This document shows, one piece after another, positions 37,601 to 50,785 of a stretch of 64,000 nucleotides of DNA. The notes under the pieces are model-generated. The model worked only from the letters and a program-made list of their open reading frames with translations. It searched no databases and was not told the origin of the DNA. The stretch's first letter is position 1; each line of letters starts with the position of its first letter. This DNA comes from Podarcis liolepis (lineage: Eukaryota), in NCBI GenBank assembly GCA_965112155.1, contig OZ218103.1; one strand, 5' to 3'. Made by a program: the position numbers and the translations under genes.

Positions 37601-38991
37601 GGGCTACATTCCAGATGTTTGCAGTCTCCTGCGTGATTTACTTACACTACAGTTTGCCTAATGATGTTGAATTCTCGGGAATGACAGTTACTGTGGTCTC
37701 CATTTGTACTCTGGGGCTGTTGTGCATGATCATATGAACTTTAAAGGAGATTATTCCAGAATGCAACACTTGTGGATTATGGTTTATATCTCTAGATATA
37801 GCCAGTAGGGAACCTTTTTGAACCTGAGAGCCATTTAATTTAATGAAGAGAGGTTGCATGCTAGTAGTGGATTGAGCAGAGGCGCAAAGTGAATGACACA
37901 ACATATAAGACTTTCGTACAGAGGCCTACATTCCAGCCATGAAAAAACTAATAGGTTTCTACACCCCCACCCCCCCACCTTTCCATCTGCTGCTGCATTA
38001 TCACACTCCAGCCAGGCAAAACCACCTGAGAAGGGTGCAGAGCAGGGCTGGTGTCGGTGTGGCCTGGGGAGAGGGGATATAGTCTAAGGATAATGCTAAG
38101 GGCTCATGGGGCATATTTGCCTCCTGGACCTGAGGTCCTCAACCTGATGTATAACACTTAGTAGAAAGAATCAACTTGATTTCAACTGTGTATGAAGTTT
38201 GTTGGTCTTGGTTAGTAAGCTGCAGTTGTCAACCATATTAATGCACTTGACCATATTCCTCAGGATTCAATTTTTTTAAGTCACCCCCTCACCCACATTC
38301 ACATTGTGTATCTGCTAGTAAATTAATTGGTTCCAGGAATGTTAGCATGGTTGCGTGTGTGAGGTCACATAGAACATATATGTCTAAGTATTGTAACAAT
38401 AGAAATCAATATTTTGTAACTGTGCTGCTCAGCTCTGAAGATAGGTACCTCTGAGGCCATAATTTCACTTTGCAGTGAATATTCTGTGAGAAATGAAAGT
38501 AATCTGAATCTTAGTTATCTGACAGAACTGCTTCCTCAAGGGCACCATACGTCATCTCAGTTCAACATAGCTCTTTTAAGCCTCATTCCATTGTAAAAAC
38601 ATATAATCATGTTTTAATAGAAATCTTACTGTACTAAGTTGGACCAAAAGTCCCTTTTACCCTGTAGTGGCTGCATTTTCTGGCAGCTGCTTTTCATGAT
38701 CACTCAGGCAAATACATTTCCCAGCTCAGCTACTGTTTCTTTTACCAGGATACTAGAAATTGAGCTCATGGCAACTATTGAACACATTCAGGTCTATGAA
38801 TATCATTTGGTGCTTTAATAGAATACCTTAAAGAGATTTGTTTGGCAGGTATTGTTTTGTATTAATGTTTTACAAATGCATAGCAGAATATCAGCCCTGC
38901 TTCTCCACAATGGGAGAAGCAGTGACCATGGAGGGATTGTATTCTGTGGCCTTGGCAGTGTGTGTGTGATCAAATGATTCCTATTCTGGAG

Positions 38992-39175
38992 CAGAGCTTT
39001 CCAAACTGTGCGTTGTGACACGTTAGTGTGTCACACGAATGCTTCCTGTGCTCCACCTGGGGATGGAAAGGGGTTAGTTGAACCTCCGGTTTGCTAGTAA
39101 AACTGAATTACTGTGTCACAAAACAATGCATGTCTAAAAAGTGTGTCACCAACATGAAAAGTTTGGAAAGCTCTG
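38992..39175. mobile_element. hAT MITE
   Basis: Perfect 16-bp TIR cagagctttccaaact / agtttggaaagctctg; 8-bp TSD ttctggag / ttctagag. Confidence 0.92.
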
Positions 39176-40367
39176 TTCTAGAGCCTCAGCACATTTTAGG
39201 CTTCCCAAGGGACACTGATACTGCCTTTCAACCATGGACCATGGCTTGGGTGCTTCAACAATAGGGACTATTACCAGTCTCCTACAAGACCGTACTTCTC
39301 CTTTCCCCTCCCTGTACCTGGCTGCAGAGCTGAAATAGGTTGTTTTGGTCCCCTACTTCTTTTATCCATTCCTGGTGATGGACATGAGCATGTGGTCTGG
39401 GCCTTTAGCCAGATATGCATTACAGCATTTTTAAAAAAACAACAACCCATGTGATACCAAAAGTGTTGACTTTAGTTTTGCTTTAGTGACTTTTGTTCAA
39501 GTTCCCAGCTTTGTGGAATTGCATTCTTAACACCTTCTGTCCAGAAGGCTAGCATCTAAGATGTCTGGTGCTCTTGGAAAGATCAGTACTGCAGTGTTGT
39601 TGTTTTTAAAGCTTTTTGCTGTGATAACCTGTTTGTTGGGATGGTATCTTTTCATATTTGTGAAGAAGACAAAGGAAGTACAGTGCGAAGCACTGAACAG
39701 TTTTTAAAAACAGTTGGAAAGCATATAAAAGGTTCTGTGTGTGTGAAAAACAGGACAGCTGTGATGGTCTATTGGGAAAGTATGTACAGATGGTGGTAGG
39801 GAGGAGAATGATGACGGCATGGCTGATAAATGAAATACCAAAGAGAGAGAGAGAATATGCATTATGTTTGTGATCTTTGTAAACAATATATTTTTGGGGT
39901 AGATCAGTAGAATTTTTGGTCTGCCAACCATTTAGCCAGGAAGTAAAACTGTCTGCACATTTTTTTCAGGTCTGGTTTTGTTTACAAGATGAAGATAGTG
40001 TTTAATAAATTGTATGCCTTGTAATTATTAGAGGAGAAAAGTAAACATATGGTTTTCTTCACATTTAGAATGTCATGAGATTGTCATAATGGTGTCCATA
40101 GTCCTCCAAATAAAATTGGCCGTGAATTAGTCACAGTAACATGTGGGATTTTTGTGAAACAGATTTGTTTGTTTTGTATTGCAAATAATGGAAAAGATGA
40201 ATTAAATTTGTATTTGGCTAATAGTGATACTAGAATTTTGAAAAAGAAAGGATTTTTAAAATAATGAAATCTCTAAAATATTTTTTTATTATTTAAAATA
40301 TTTCTCTCCCATCTTTCTAGAAATGTACACATGACGATTATATATGAAAATTACATGCATGTGAAAT

Positions 40368-40389
40368 GTGTGTGTGTGTGTGTGTGTGT
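40368..40389. repeat. (TG)n microsatellite
   Basis: Seen directly. Confidence 0.9.
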
Positions 40390-41137
40390 ATGTGCTACAA
40401 TATAAACTATTGTTTGTACCTCATTCAAAATACCACCTCTGGGACTGAGTCAGGATAAAAGGAACGTTGGCTAATGAAGAAAGAGAGAGAAAGTTGCATG
40501 GGTTCCAATGCTTTACATATATTTTTAAAAGGACATCTGATATTCTGAATCAAAATTCCTTACCCTACCCAGATGCTGTGAAGACTGTATCTACAAGATG
40601 GCCATGTGCTCAATATTGTCCTGCCCATTCATGAAGATCTTTAAACTTTTCTCTCCCTTAGTTGTAAGTCACTGGCAGGGGTCTATTGTATATTGTGTAG
40701 AATAATTGCAGACATCTCAGAAAACAATAGTAAGTACCACTAGACTTTTCTCAGAAATGGCATAAAGTTTCTGTCCTAATGCCCTTTTGTTGACCTTGCC
40801 TGACTCCACAGTTTCAATTATCAGTTGTCTACATGTGTATTGACAAAGTTCAAAAATGGGTTATATATTGCTAATTAAGATGTTGATTGTCACACAGTCA
40901 TTCTCCTGATCAGCCAATCAATGCATATATTTGTATATTGCTTTTCCATATGAAAAATTCACTCATGGCAATTCACAGCAAAAGTAAAACCCTATGCTAC
41001 CTCCAAGGGTTGGGGAAAACCCCAGGACAGTATTCTTTGCTTGTGAGTTATGGACTCAAGATCAGGCCTGGATGGTTTCTTGCTTATATATTTTTATCCC
41101 TTCTAATAATTATTTTGCTTTGCTAGCTTTTGAAACA

Positions 41138-41198
41138 GAAGGTTGAACTAGATGTCCCACATGGTCCCTTCTAACTCTACAATTCTACGGTTCTAAGT
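41138..41198 (+). mobile_element. CR1-type 3' tail fragment
   Basis: ggttgaactagatg...ggtcccttctaactctacaattctacggttcta matches the 3' end of the 26618 element. Confidence 0.65.
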
Positions 41199-41235
41199 CT
41201 TGTGCATTGCAAGCCTTTGAACGTCTGCTTAGAAA

Positions 41236-41367
41236 AGGGATAGCCAATATGTGCTGTCCATATGTTTTGGCCTACAGCTCCCATCAGCCTCTGCCAGCAT
41301 GCCAATGAGCAGGAACAATGGGAACTGTAGCCCATAAATCTGAAGGCACCACCTTGGCCACCCGTCT
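41236..41367. mobile_element. Degraded palindromic hAT MITE
   Basis: ctacagctcccatc...atgggaactgtag inverted core shared with the 42810 copy. Confidence 0.65.
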
Positions 41368-42202
41368 TAGAAGTAATCACCCATTGATTTCCATGATCAG
41401 TTGTGTATAGGATTTAAGCCTCCATTTTTGTTAGCAAATGCATAGTTAGTCCTATTTTATAATAGCATATTTTCAGCTAGGCAGGAAAAACAGAATTTTC
41501 CCCGTAGTCAAAAACAAAATCACTGCAGACGGCCTTTCTTCAGTTCTCCTTTTCAGTCCATTACTTGGTGCCTCTGTGCACAGTTGCAGATATGATCAGC
41601 AGATGAAAGCATTTTCCTTAATAATAAATAGGCTCTAGTTACGCTGCACCTTTCTACAAACAAACATTCTGTCCTACCGCATTATGAGATCCAGTGATGT
41701 CATCTTATTTGTCTTCTGTTTCCTCTCTGTATTTTGCCTCAGAGCGAGTTGCTCTACAATAGCATATTTCCAGCCCCCTGCCTTACACCTGGAGATTGAT
41801 TGCTTTTGTTTTAGATTGGAACGCATCCAGAATTGCATAGCCTTGCCTGCCAACATGGCAGTTCAATATACTAATGCATCAGCTTTAATGTTTTGACTTT
41901 CTGATCTCTGGTACTTTGAGTTCAAGCCAGAGATATGTGCAAGTTCAGAGCAAGATGCTGAGTTTCAGTTATGGAGGGTCTAATTTCCCCGCTAACTTTA
42001 TGGTTCATATGCAAAAAAGTGCACATAGGATAAAAAATATTTTCTTAGCCCATGAAAGTTGGGTTTTAAAATGTCAGTCTGGTAGGTAGGCTAAACGGGA
42101 TGAATGATGTAGCTGTTCCACACATCACGGTTTTACTATTCAGTCTGCATCAGTCAGCCAGTCCTACTTGTGCAAATGGAAAATGAAATAAGTTCTTAAC
42201 AG

Positions 42203-42331
42203 CAGGGATGGGGAAACTGTGGTGTTCCAGATCTTGTTAGACTTTATCTTGCATTAGCTTCAGCCAACAGTCAGGAATGATGGGAATTATAGTTTAGCAA
42301 AATCTGGAGGGCCACTGGATACCCACGTCTT
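42203..42331. mobile_element. Palindromic hAT MITE (degraded)
   Basis: cagggatggggaa...ccagat...gatgggaattatagt...atctggagggccac. Confidence 0.7.
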
Positions 42332-42454
42332 AAAGAATAACCTGTCCACTGGAGTGTCTTATGAACCTTCATTTATTACAATTTGCCTTTGTCCAGAAGC
42401 ATAAATTAACACACAAATGTTTATAAGTTTTCCAAAACTCTTGTCACGATAAAC

Positions 42455-42592
42455 CAAGGATGGGGGAATCTGTAGCCCTCCAGATGTTGGACTACAGTTT
42501 CCAGCATCCCTGACCATTGGCCATGCTGCTGCTGCCTGAGGTTGTTGGGAGTTCAAGTCTAGCATTTGTAGGGCCACAGGTTGCCCATTCTT
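42455..42592. mobile_element. Palindromic hAT MITE
   Basis: caaggatgggggaatctgtagccctccagatgttggactacagtttcccagc-type left arm and gggccacaggttgcccat right arm. Confidence 0.75.
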
Positions 42593-42809
42593 CTAATGAA
42601 CGTAGGTGCAGTCCACGTAAGTTCCCTGAAGACAACTATGAAACAATGGGATTGCATGTTTAGATAATACTTCTGTCTGTTTATAAAGTCCTCATTATTC
42701 TTATATGCAGTTAAGGTGAAGTGCAACTGTTATCTTTTTATGCAGCTGAAAAGCATCTATCCTTTTGCATTTTTTTAGAACAGTTAAAGTGAGGGAACAT
42801 CCAATAATA

Positions 42810-42947
42810 CAGGCATGGCCAAACTTGGCCCTCCAGCTGTTTTGGGACTACAACTCCCATCATCCCTAGCTAACAGGACCAGTGGTCAGGGATGATGGGA
42901 ATTGTAGTCCCAGAACAGCTGGGGGGGGGCAAGTTTGGCCATGCCTT
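42810..42947. mobile_element. Palindromic hAT MITE, well preserved
   Basis: Near-perfect hairpin aggcatggccaaacttg...caagtttggccatgcct; 8-bp TSD caataata / caataaga. Confidence 0.92.
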
Positions 42948-43697
42948 CAATAAGAGGAACGTGCATGGCAACTGCTGAAAAACTGTTTATTATTCCAGCA
43001 CAACAGTTTTCTAAAAGTAAGCTGCAGTTAGAAAGAGGGGTAGAATAAAACAACCAATAAAATAGTGAGAAAGAATAATTACTCCCTACAAATTTGTTCC
43101 AAATATCTGTTACAAAATATTACCAAGGTTGTGTAGAAGATGCATTGTGATTCTTTAAACTCCAGCAGGTCTTAGATCATTTATTTTTATTACAGAACAG
43201 CCCCATCAATTAATTTTAACTTCAGCAAAGAAAATATTCCAGTATTTTTTGTAATTTATTTTGTACTGAATAAACTTTAACATTGTTTGGTAGACACAAA
43301 ACTCTTTGGGACATATAATGGTTTATTCAAACAATATTTTGTTACTAGTCCATATTAGTTTGTGGCTGATAGCCAAAGTTCTAAAATGCTTCTAGCTAAG
43401 GTCTGGCCTATGATACAGTAGAAAGTGATTCAGCTACAAACTGAAGGTGAGAGTTGCTGTTGAATGTTCCCCATATAAACAGTTTTCTGCAGTTAGAAAA
43501 CTAGCATAGTTGGGAGTGCACTGTGATAGAACCCTGCTCCTTTACATACTAATTTGTTGCAGGGAGTTTCACACAAAAGGAAGCATTAAAAATGGTCTAT
43601 CTTCTTCAGGTAAAATGATACTATCATGTCATCTGCTGCATGTGAAAACCACATCTCAAATTATCATACACTGATGCGTAAGAGATAGATTAGATTT

Positions 43698-43782
43698 AGT
43701 GGAAGACAGGAGTGCCTGGCGTGCTCTGGTCCATGGGGTCAGAAAGAGTCGGACACGACTAAACGACTAAACAACAACAACA
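43698..43782 (+). mobile_element. BovB (RTE) 3' terminal fragment
   Basis: gacaggagtgcctggcgtgctctggtccatggggtc..aagagtcggacacgactaaacgactaaac(aac)n is the characteristic BovB 3' end. Confidence 0.88.
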
Positions 43783-43935
43783 TGCAGGTTTAATTTGTCT
43801 CACTGTACTAACTAAGTTTATGTCTTGACCTTCAAAATATTTCTGAACAAGGGAAGATATCTAGTCCTTTGTAGGTGGGAATATGCCTATTAATATTTAG
43901 CTGTGTAGCAGAAATGTTTGTATAGAAAACAATTA

Positions 43936-44144
43936 CAGTGGTACCTCGGGTTACAGACGCTTCAGGTTACAGACTCTGCTAACCCAGAAATAGAACTTTG
44001 GGTTAAGAACTTTGCTTTAGGATGAGAACAGAAATTGTGCTCCAGTGGCACGGAGGCAGCAGGAGGCCTCATTAGCTAAAGTGGTGCTTCAGGTTAAGAA
44101 CGGACCTCTGGAACAAATTAAGTACTTAACCTGAGGTACCACTG
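43936..44144 (+). mobile_element. Tc1/mariner (Tigger-like) MITE
   Basis: TA-cagtggtacctc...gaggtaccactg-TA; same family as the 27283 and 28088 copies. Confidence 0.92.
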
Positions 44145-44654
44145 TAAAGCCTAAGGACTGCTTACGTTCCTTAGCATAGTTGCTGTCAGTTGTTGATTCC
44201 CAGAAACATGCCATACCATGTGTGACTAGCTACTGATGAGTGTATTTTGCATTGTATTGGTTCTCTGACTAGAGAGTAATGTTCACTCTGGATCTACCCC
44301 AGAAATGAGTCGCTGAGGAGGCTAGTTATGGTGGCAGCTGGGATGTTCTGCAAAATTATCAAGTGCAGTTTTCTCTTATAAAGGATCTAGTAGAACTTGT
44401 CAACATAATTACAAGGTCATCATCCATGGAACTGTGAAACTGGTTCATAAGCTTAATGGGTTATAGCCTCACACTCCAACGCCACAGTTATAGAGAGTTT
44501 CAAAATAAGCTTCTGAGATGTTAGAATCAGTTGTTAAAGGTCAAAAATGTCATTTTACAATACATTTGTGAGTCTAGCAGCTCTTGGTATCCTGGCCAGG
44601 ATTTCTCCGATGAATAAGCCACCTTTCTGAAAAATGGGATCCTTCTGGATTAGA

Positions 44655-45080
44655 TGGACCTAGCCTATTGGATCAGTCCAGAGACCCATCTAGTATTCTG
44701 TTTTCACACTGGCTAACCACATGCCTATGGGAACCCTTTTCCCACTAGTGATCTTCAGCATCTGGTGTTCAGAGAGATATCTCTCTTCTAAAGTTGAAGG
44801 TAGTATCCAGCCATGATGATTAGTAGTCATTGACTGCCTTATTATCAATGAAGTTGTCTAAACCCCTTTGAAAGCTGGTGGCCATAGATGTATCTGGTGT
44901 TAGTGAACTCCACTTTCATTTTGTCTGCCCTCAATTTTCCAGCACTCATATTCATTTAATGTCCCCAGGTTTTTGTATTAGGGGGGAGGAAAAGCTGCTC
45001 TCTATTTTTTCATGCTGTTCGTAATTTTATACAGTTTCATCTTCTCACTGTTTTTTCTAAATTAAAAAGGACTCAACTGT
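44655..45080 (-). mobile_element. Old CR1-type 3' fragment
   Basis: Degenerate ggatcagtccagagacccatctag...ttgtctaaacccctttgaaagc...ttttctaaattaaaaag; boundaries approximate. Confidence 0.55.
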
Positions 45081-46440
45081 ACCTTTGTTCATCCTGTGAA
45101 AGAGTGGAAGTGGTTAGTCTTTTAAAAAAGAAAAAGAAAGTGGGGTGTAAAATACCAGAATAGTGATTACCATGTGTATAATTTGTGGTGTTGTAATCTG
45201 AAGGTAACTTTGAATATATGGTCTCTGCAATGTGTGTTCTGCTGCAGAAATAATATCATTGACTGTTGATGGAGGTCTTGCCTTCCAAGGAGCTTAATGG
45301 GAGAGTGGAATGAGGTGGTTTTGGCATGCTACTTATTTGGATAATCAGAAGTTTTATACAAACCAGAAGTGCTGCTTGCATAGTGTACATAGGCTGACAT
45401 ACTGGGAAATGCCTTGTGAATTCAGATAGTGTAAGCATTTTGGGCAATCACATTTTTGACGACAGATGCATTTCTGCAGTTGAATAGCTGGTACAAGGAA
45501 AAACATGGTGTGGACATTATACGGCTGTTCTCTCTAAACCACAAATTTTTCACCATCTAGTCCACCAAAGATAAAGGCAAGCAATGGTTTTAGACCAAAG
45601 GAATGTTAGTGTTAGCTTAAACATTGGGAGGAGCTTCCTGATCACTTTAACTATTGAATAGGCTGCTAAACAAGGCATTTTGTGGAAGTCTTTCATTTGA
45701 ACCTCATTTGAGGCTGAAGAGAAGAAGAGAAAAGATATTTGGCATTGCAGTCTCAGAGGAAGAGATATCTTGCAAGAATTGGACAAGTTGGACTGCTCCC
45801 TTGAGGCCTTTTCTGCCCTGCCAATGGAGAATTGCTTCACAATTACCTTATGATGAAATCAGTTATGGAGGGCTGGACTGTTTTATCTGTAAATGTTAAG
45901 GAAGCCTGAAAAAGTGGGCTTGTTCATCTCATAATGTCAAGGGAGCTAATTCCTTGTCAGATCCAGTCATACACACCATCTCACAGGTGCAGCCAGAACG
46001 GTTGTTTGATTGTACCTATGTAAAAGTGAGTATAATTTAACTTTTGATTAACTACTTTCATACACCAGTGCACACACATAACATACATATAGCATTTTTG
46101 AGAGAACTATATGAAGACTATTAATGTTCACTTCCTCTTCAGGAATGAATCATGGAATTATATATCAAGTATTGATCCACAAAAAGGATTTTCATTTTAT
46201 TCATATTTTAAAAGTGCTTCTAATTGAGGCAGTGTGGTAATTGAATCTCAACTTTTTTAGAGCCTAAACTTTTTAGATTCTAACCACAGTTAGCAATCAA
46301 AGTGTTTTCTAAAATTATTTTGTTATGTGATACAATAAATCCCACAAAAGGAAGTTGAAACAATATGTCTTAATATATATGTTACTCTTAAATATTCTTA
46401 CAGTGGAATGCAGTTTAAGGACATTCTTTAGCTGAACAAA

Positions 46441-46461
46441 GAGAGAGAGAGAGAGAGAGAG
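46441..46461. repeat. (GA)n microsatellite
   Basis: Seen directly. Confidence 0.9.
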
Positions 46462-49400
46462 GAAGATTTCATTACATTCAGCACAGTATGAGATTAAGTC
46501 AAAGTAGTTTTGCTAATTAAATTCAATTGCCATCCATTAGACCAATGGAATGAGATGAATCTACTATACAGCTGACACAGCACAGGTATGCAATTTGGCT
46601 AAATGGCTATTTCTAAACGACAGCACACACATTTCTCTGCTTGTTCCCTTTTTAAAGAGTTTGAATTTCTGCACGCACTCTGCCCCTGTTTCTAAAAAAG
46701 AAGAAAAAGGAGCCTGCTGAAGGGCAAAGATATCAGTTTAAATAATCAGTCTCAAAGGACTATATGATAGCAGCGAATCAGCTTGAAAGGGTGTACAAAT
46801 TTAAGCTTACAAGGTTTGGAGTCAGTGAAAGGGAGACATAGGATTTCTGGTCCCATTGGCTGTTTCTTTTTTATCATTGATTGATATATGTTTTATTTAT
46901 TAAAGGGGTCTTAATCAGCCCATAAACTTGCTGGGACCAGGTTGTTTCTGCTGCATTTGCCAACCCAGTATTATTAGCTGACTGTTTGCATAATACTGAG
47001 AGAAATGATTTCAAATTCAGATAGTAGGCTGATGTTCTTGGCTTAACTTGATGTTTAAGGACATGCTATATTCCAGGATGAAGAGTTTCTTACTCTGTTG
47101 AAATGACAGGAATACCATTCAGGCATTGGCCAAGATAAAATTTTGACAGCCAGCAAGCCTATAATGTTTCCGAGTGCGCAGATTTACACGTCCTGCCAAG
47201 ATGAAAATTGGCTAAAACCAAAAAGGATATTGGGGATTGACACTTTAGGAAGAAATAACAGAGTAGTACTTTGCATTGGTTTAAGAAATGTGATCCCTTG
47301 AACTGTTTTACTTCCTGGAATCCTATGAGCTAATGTGTAGTAATCAATCCGATTCCATTGTGAATGCTAACTGCCTGCAACATAGCACAGCGGAAGAAAA
47401 GTCAACACAGTACTTGCACGAAACAGCTACGTTGAAGCTGGATGCTGTGAAGTCCAAATGTGCATGCTTGGCCCCATCTCCTTGGAACGTTTGCGGGATG
47501 GAGGACTCAACCATTGCATCTACAAAATATGAATGCAGTTGAGAGTTATATTGGATTTTCATGTTACCTATTTTTTAGAACACAGCAAAGACTTCAGGGC
47601 AAAACTAGCACAATATAGCTGGTGGTGGGGAAGGCCCTAATGAAAGGCATTAATTGAAGGGTGCCATTATTTTATAGCAGTTTTTCTTCAGTCCTTTCCC
47701 TTGACATAATTGTTGTGCTGATATTTGTTGTTGTTCAGTCAGGAATCTTTTGCATTGGTTATTTGCGGCTCACAGCTTGTGTGTAAACCAAACCACAAGC
47801 CCAGACTCAGGAGGTACAGCAAACCAAGGCTTGTGGGTTTGTTGCTCCTGGCATGGAGCAACCTGGAGCAAGGAGGACTTTTCTACGTCAGCACATTGCT
47901 CATTCATTTTAAATCATTGACAAACATTAACTATATACTTTAACTTGAAGTGAGAACCAGGCCTTTGCTGCTCACTGTTTTCCCCGACCCCTCTTCTCTT
48001 TCTGAACACTGATACAGGTTCAGATGAAAACAAGGAACAATATTATATGTACATGAAATGCAACAGCAGAATACAGGGGCTGCAATTCTTTATGGCCCTC
48101 AGATTTTGCATGCCATTAAGTACTGACACTATGATTAATTTATCTTAAAGGGTTACTTTTTGTCAAACAGTGGTGGTGATGGTGGTTGTTAACCCATATT
48201 CACTAGTGGTTAAGAGTGTGTACATCATTTATCAAAACTTTCTGCAGCTTCTTTCATCTCATTAGCATCTCAATCTCTATTCAGTAGTTGATGTCCGTTA
48301 CAGCAAGAGTGCTCAGTTCTTGTTTTCAATAAGCTGGTTGTAAAATGTCAGACTGTCACTTGCAATATAAAAAGCAAAAATGATGGTATTTGAAAAAAAT
48401 GTTACACCTCATAAAAACAAATTGTAAAGACATGAAAGTGATCTTGGTATGTTTTACTTTTCAGGACAGTTTAGCACAGCTGCTTTAAATACCAGTTGTC
48501 TGGATTCCCACACTTCCCTACCAATGGAGAGGTTTACACAAGCATAATTTAAGTTACAATTACCCTAATTAACATCTTATTTGCATAAATACTTGAAAGC
48601 AGAGCAACAAAGAAATGCCTTAGAAGCTGAACCCCAGTGGAGAAATGTGTTTTCACTGTGTTTTGGAAAATATAGGCCATTATGTTTAAAGTTTCAGGCA
48701 TAATAAAATAAACTGAAGTTCTATGGTTAATATTTTTATTACAATTTGGCCATGCCCCTTTTTACTTACTAGCTGTTAAATTTGGGAGGGAATCTTGCAG
48801 GAATAAAACTGTCACACATTTTTTAAAACTATTATTCAGAGATGACAGAAGCCTTCTCGTTGATCAAAAATAGCATTAATGTTCTTTTCTTTTTTTGTAT
48901 GAGCAAAAATACTGTGGGTGCCAGTATAGTTCCAATCATATTAAGTGGTTGGACCATGAGAATCATGTTTGAAATCTTTTCTTTCAAAAAATATTCATAG
49001 GAACTGAAGCTCAGTATTTAAAATGATAGTACAATGGAGTTATTTTCTCTTTTCTCAACTCTCAAAGTGAGATGTTTATAGCACTGTAGGCTGGGGCCCA
49101 CTTTTGATTCTGAAAGTTTTTTCAGACTTCCTGAGGTCATTGCAAATACTGAATCCCACCTATCATATATCGTTACTCAGTAAAGGCTTTTCCAAAAGCA
49201 AAGGATCACAGGATCTGAATTGCAGAAATGAAACAGTTTGCTGCTTCTGGGGCCAAAAACTTTAATTTTAAGTGTGTGTTTAGATTTATAAAACTTGAAG
49301 AATACAATTGGAAGTAGGTGCAGATGAAAAAGATTAATTTTGAACTTCAGTGGAACCTCCGTCTTGTACATTTATATTTTGTGATTATTTCTTGAGTTAG

Positions 49401-49612
49401 CTGATGGTACTTCTGATTTTTCTTATTTTATATTGCTGATGTATGTTATATTATTACTAGGTTTCCATTTAGGTACATCTTATTGTAATTGTTATGGCCT
49501 TTGACTAGCATGAATTTTGTGATCTTTTCTCCTGAGATACCTAACTTAAGAGCAGCAGCTCAATTATAGAAACCATACTTTGACTGCTAATACAACCTGA
49601 TCACAGGCTTTT

Positions 49613-49795
49613 GGGGGAAATGCTTAGTGGTTGAGTATCTCATTTGCATGCAGAAGGTCCTAGACTCAATGCCTTCAATTTCTAGGTAGGGCTGGGAATA
49701 TCTTCTGTCTGAGACTCTGGGGAGCCAGTGCCAGTCTGAGTAAACAATACTGAGGTGGATTGACCAAGCCACTATGCCAGATTCCTATGTTCCTA
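49613..49795 (+). mobile_element. tRNA(Cys)-like SINE with TTCCTATG tail
   Basis: Head gggg...gcttagtggttgagtat...tgcatgcagaaggtcctag..tcaat; tail ttcctatgttccta. Confidence 0.7.
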
Positions 49796-50031
49796 AGAGT
49801 TTGGATTTGATATCCCGCTTTATCACTACCCTAAGGAGTCTCAAAGCGACTAACAATCTCCTTTCCCTTCCTCCCCCACAACATACACTCTGTGAGGTGG
49901 GTGGGGCTGAGAGACTTCAGAGAAGTGTGACTAGCCCAAGGTCACCCAGCAGCTGCATGTGGAAGAGCGGGGAATCGAACCCTGTTCGCCAGAGTACGAG
50001 TCCACTGCTCTTAACCACTACGCCACACTGG
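49796..50031 (-). mobile_element. Squam3-type tRNA-derived SINE, near full length
   Basis: Reverse strand reads ccagtgtggcgtagtggttaagagc...ggttcgattccccgctc...ctgggtgaccttgggctagtcac...gataaagcgggatatcaaatccaaactct. Confidence 0.88.
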
Positions 50032-50444
50032 GAGAGAAACAAACCTCTAGTTTGTAATGAATATACTGCCCAGGATAAAGTTAGAGTTTGATCAAAGGCT
50101 CCTGAAATCAGTAAAAGTGTTCCCTGCAGATTCTCACTTACTTCTTAAATCAGGGCATCTTATACTTTTATCAAAATAATACCTTCCCCAAAGGAAGAAG
50201 GAAAACTTGGTATGGGCCTCCCTGTACTTAGCGTAACAGGCAGCCTTATCCTGTTGAGATATAGGAACTCTTTAAGTAGTAGCTTCTGCTGCCACATCTA
50301 GTGCAGCATTCTGGCAGGCTGGCTAAGAGATTAGTACTCCATTGCAGTGACTCATAGGATTAAGGTGAAACAAAGGGTCAAGTCACACATGCAGACATCT
50401 GTCTGAATGGATGCTTGTGGCACAGCTCCTCATAGGCATTCCAT

Positions 50445-50785
50445 GTAATCATCTGAGGCCCTTCTTCAAGTGCCTCCTCCAATAGAGGTCCAGATTAGGG
50501 TAGTAATGTGAGAAAGGGCCTTTTCTGCAGTAGCTCCCCATTTGTGGAATGCTCTCCCTAGGGAAGTTTGCCGGGCGCCTTCATTACATATCTTTAGGCA
50601 CCAGGCGAAAACACTGCTCTGTAACCAGGCCTTTGGCTGATCAACATGGGTTTGTGGGAGGGAAGTTATTGGTTTGTTTTTGCTCTTTTTTATGATGTAT
50701 TTTGTCTTCTCATTTTGTATTTTTATGTTGTGAACCACCATGTGATCTTCGGATGAAGGGCGGTATACAAATTAAATAAATAAAA
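50445..50785 (+). mobile_element. L2 LINE 3' end
   Basis: agggccttttctgcagtagctccccatttgtggaatgctctccc...caggcctttggctga, T-rich UTR, gggcggtatacaaattaaataaataaa tail. Confidence 0.8.
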
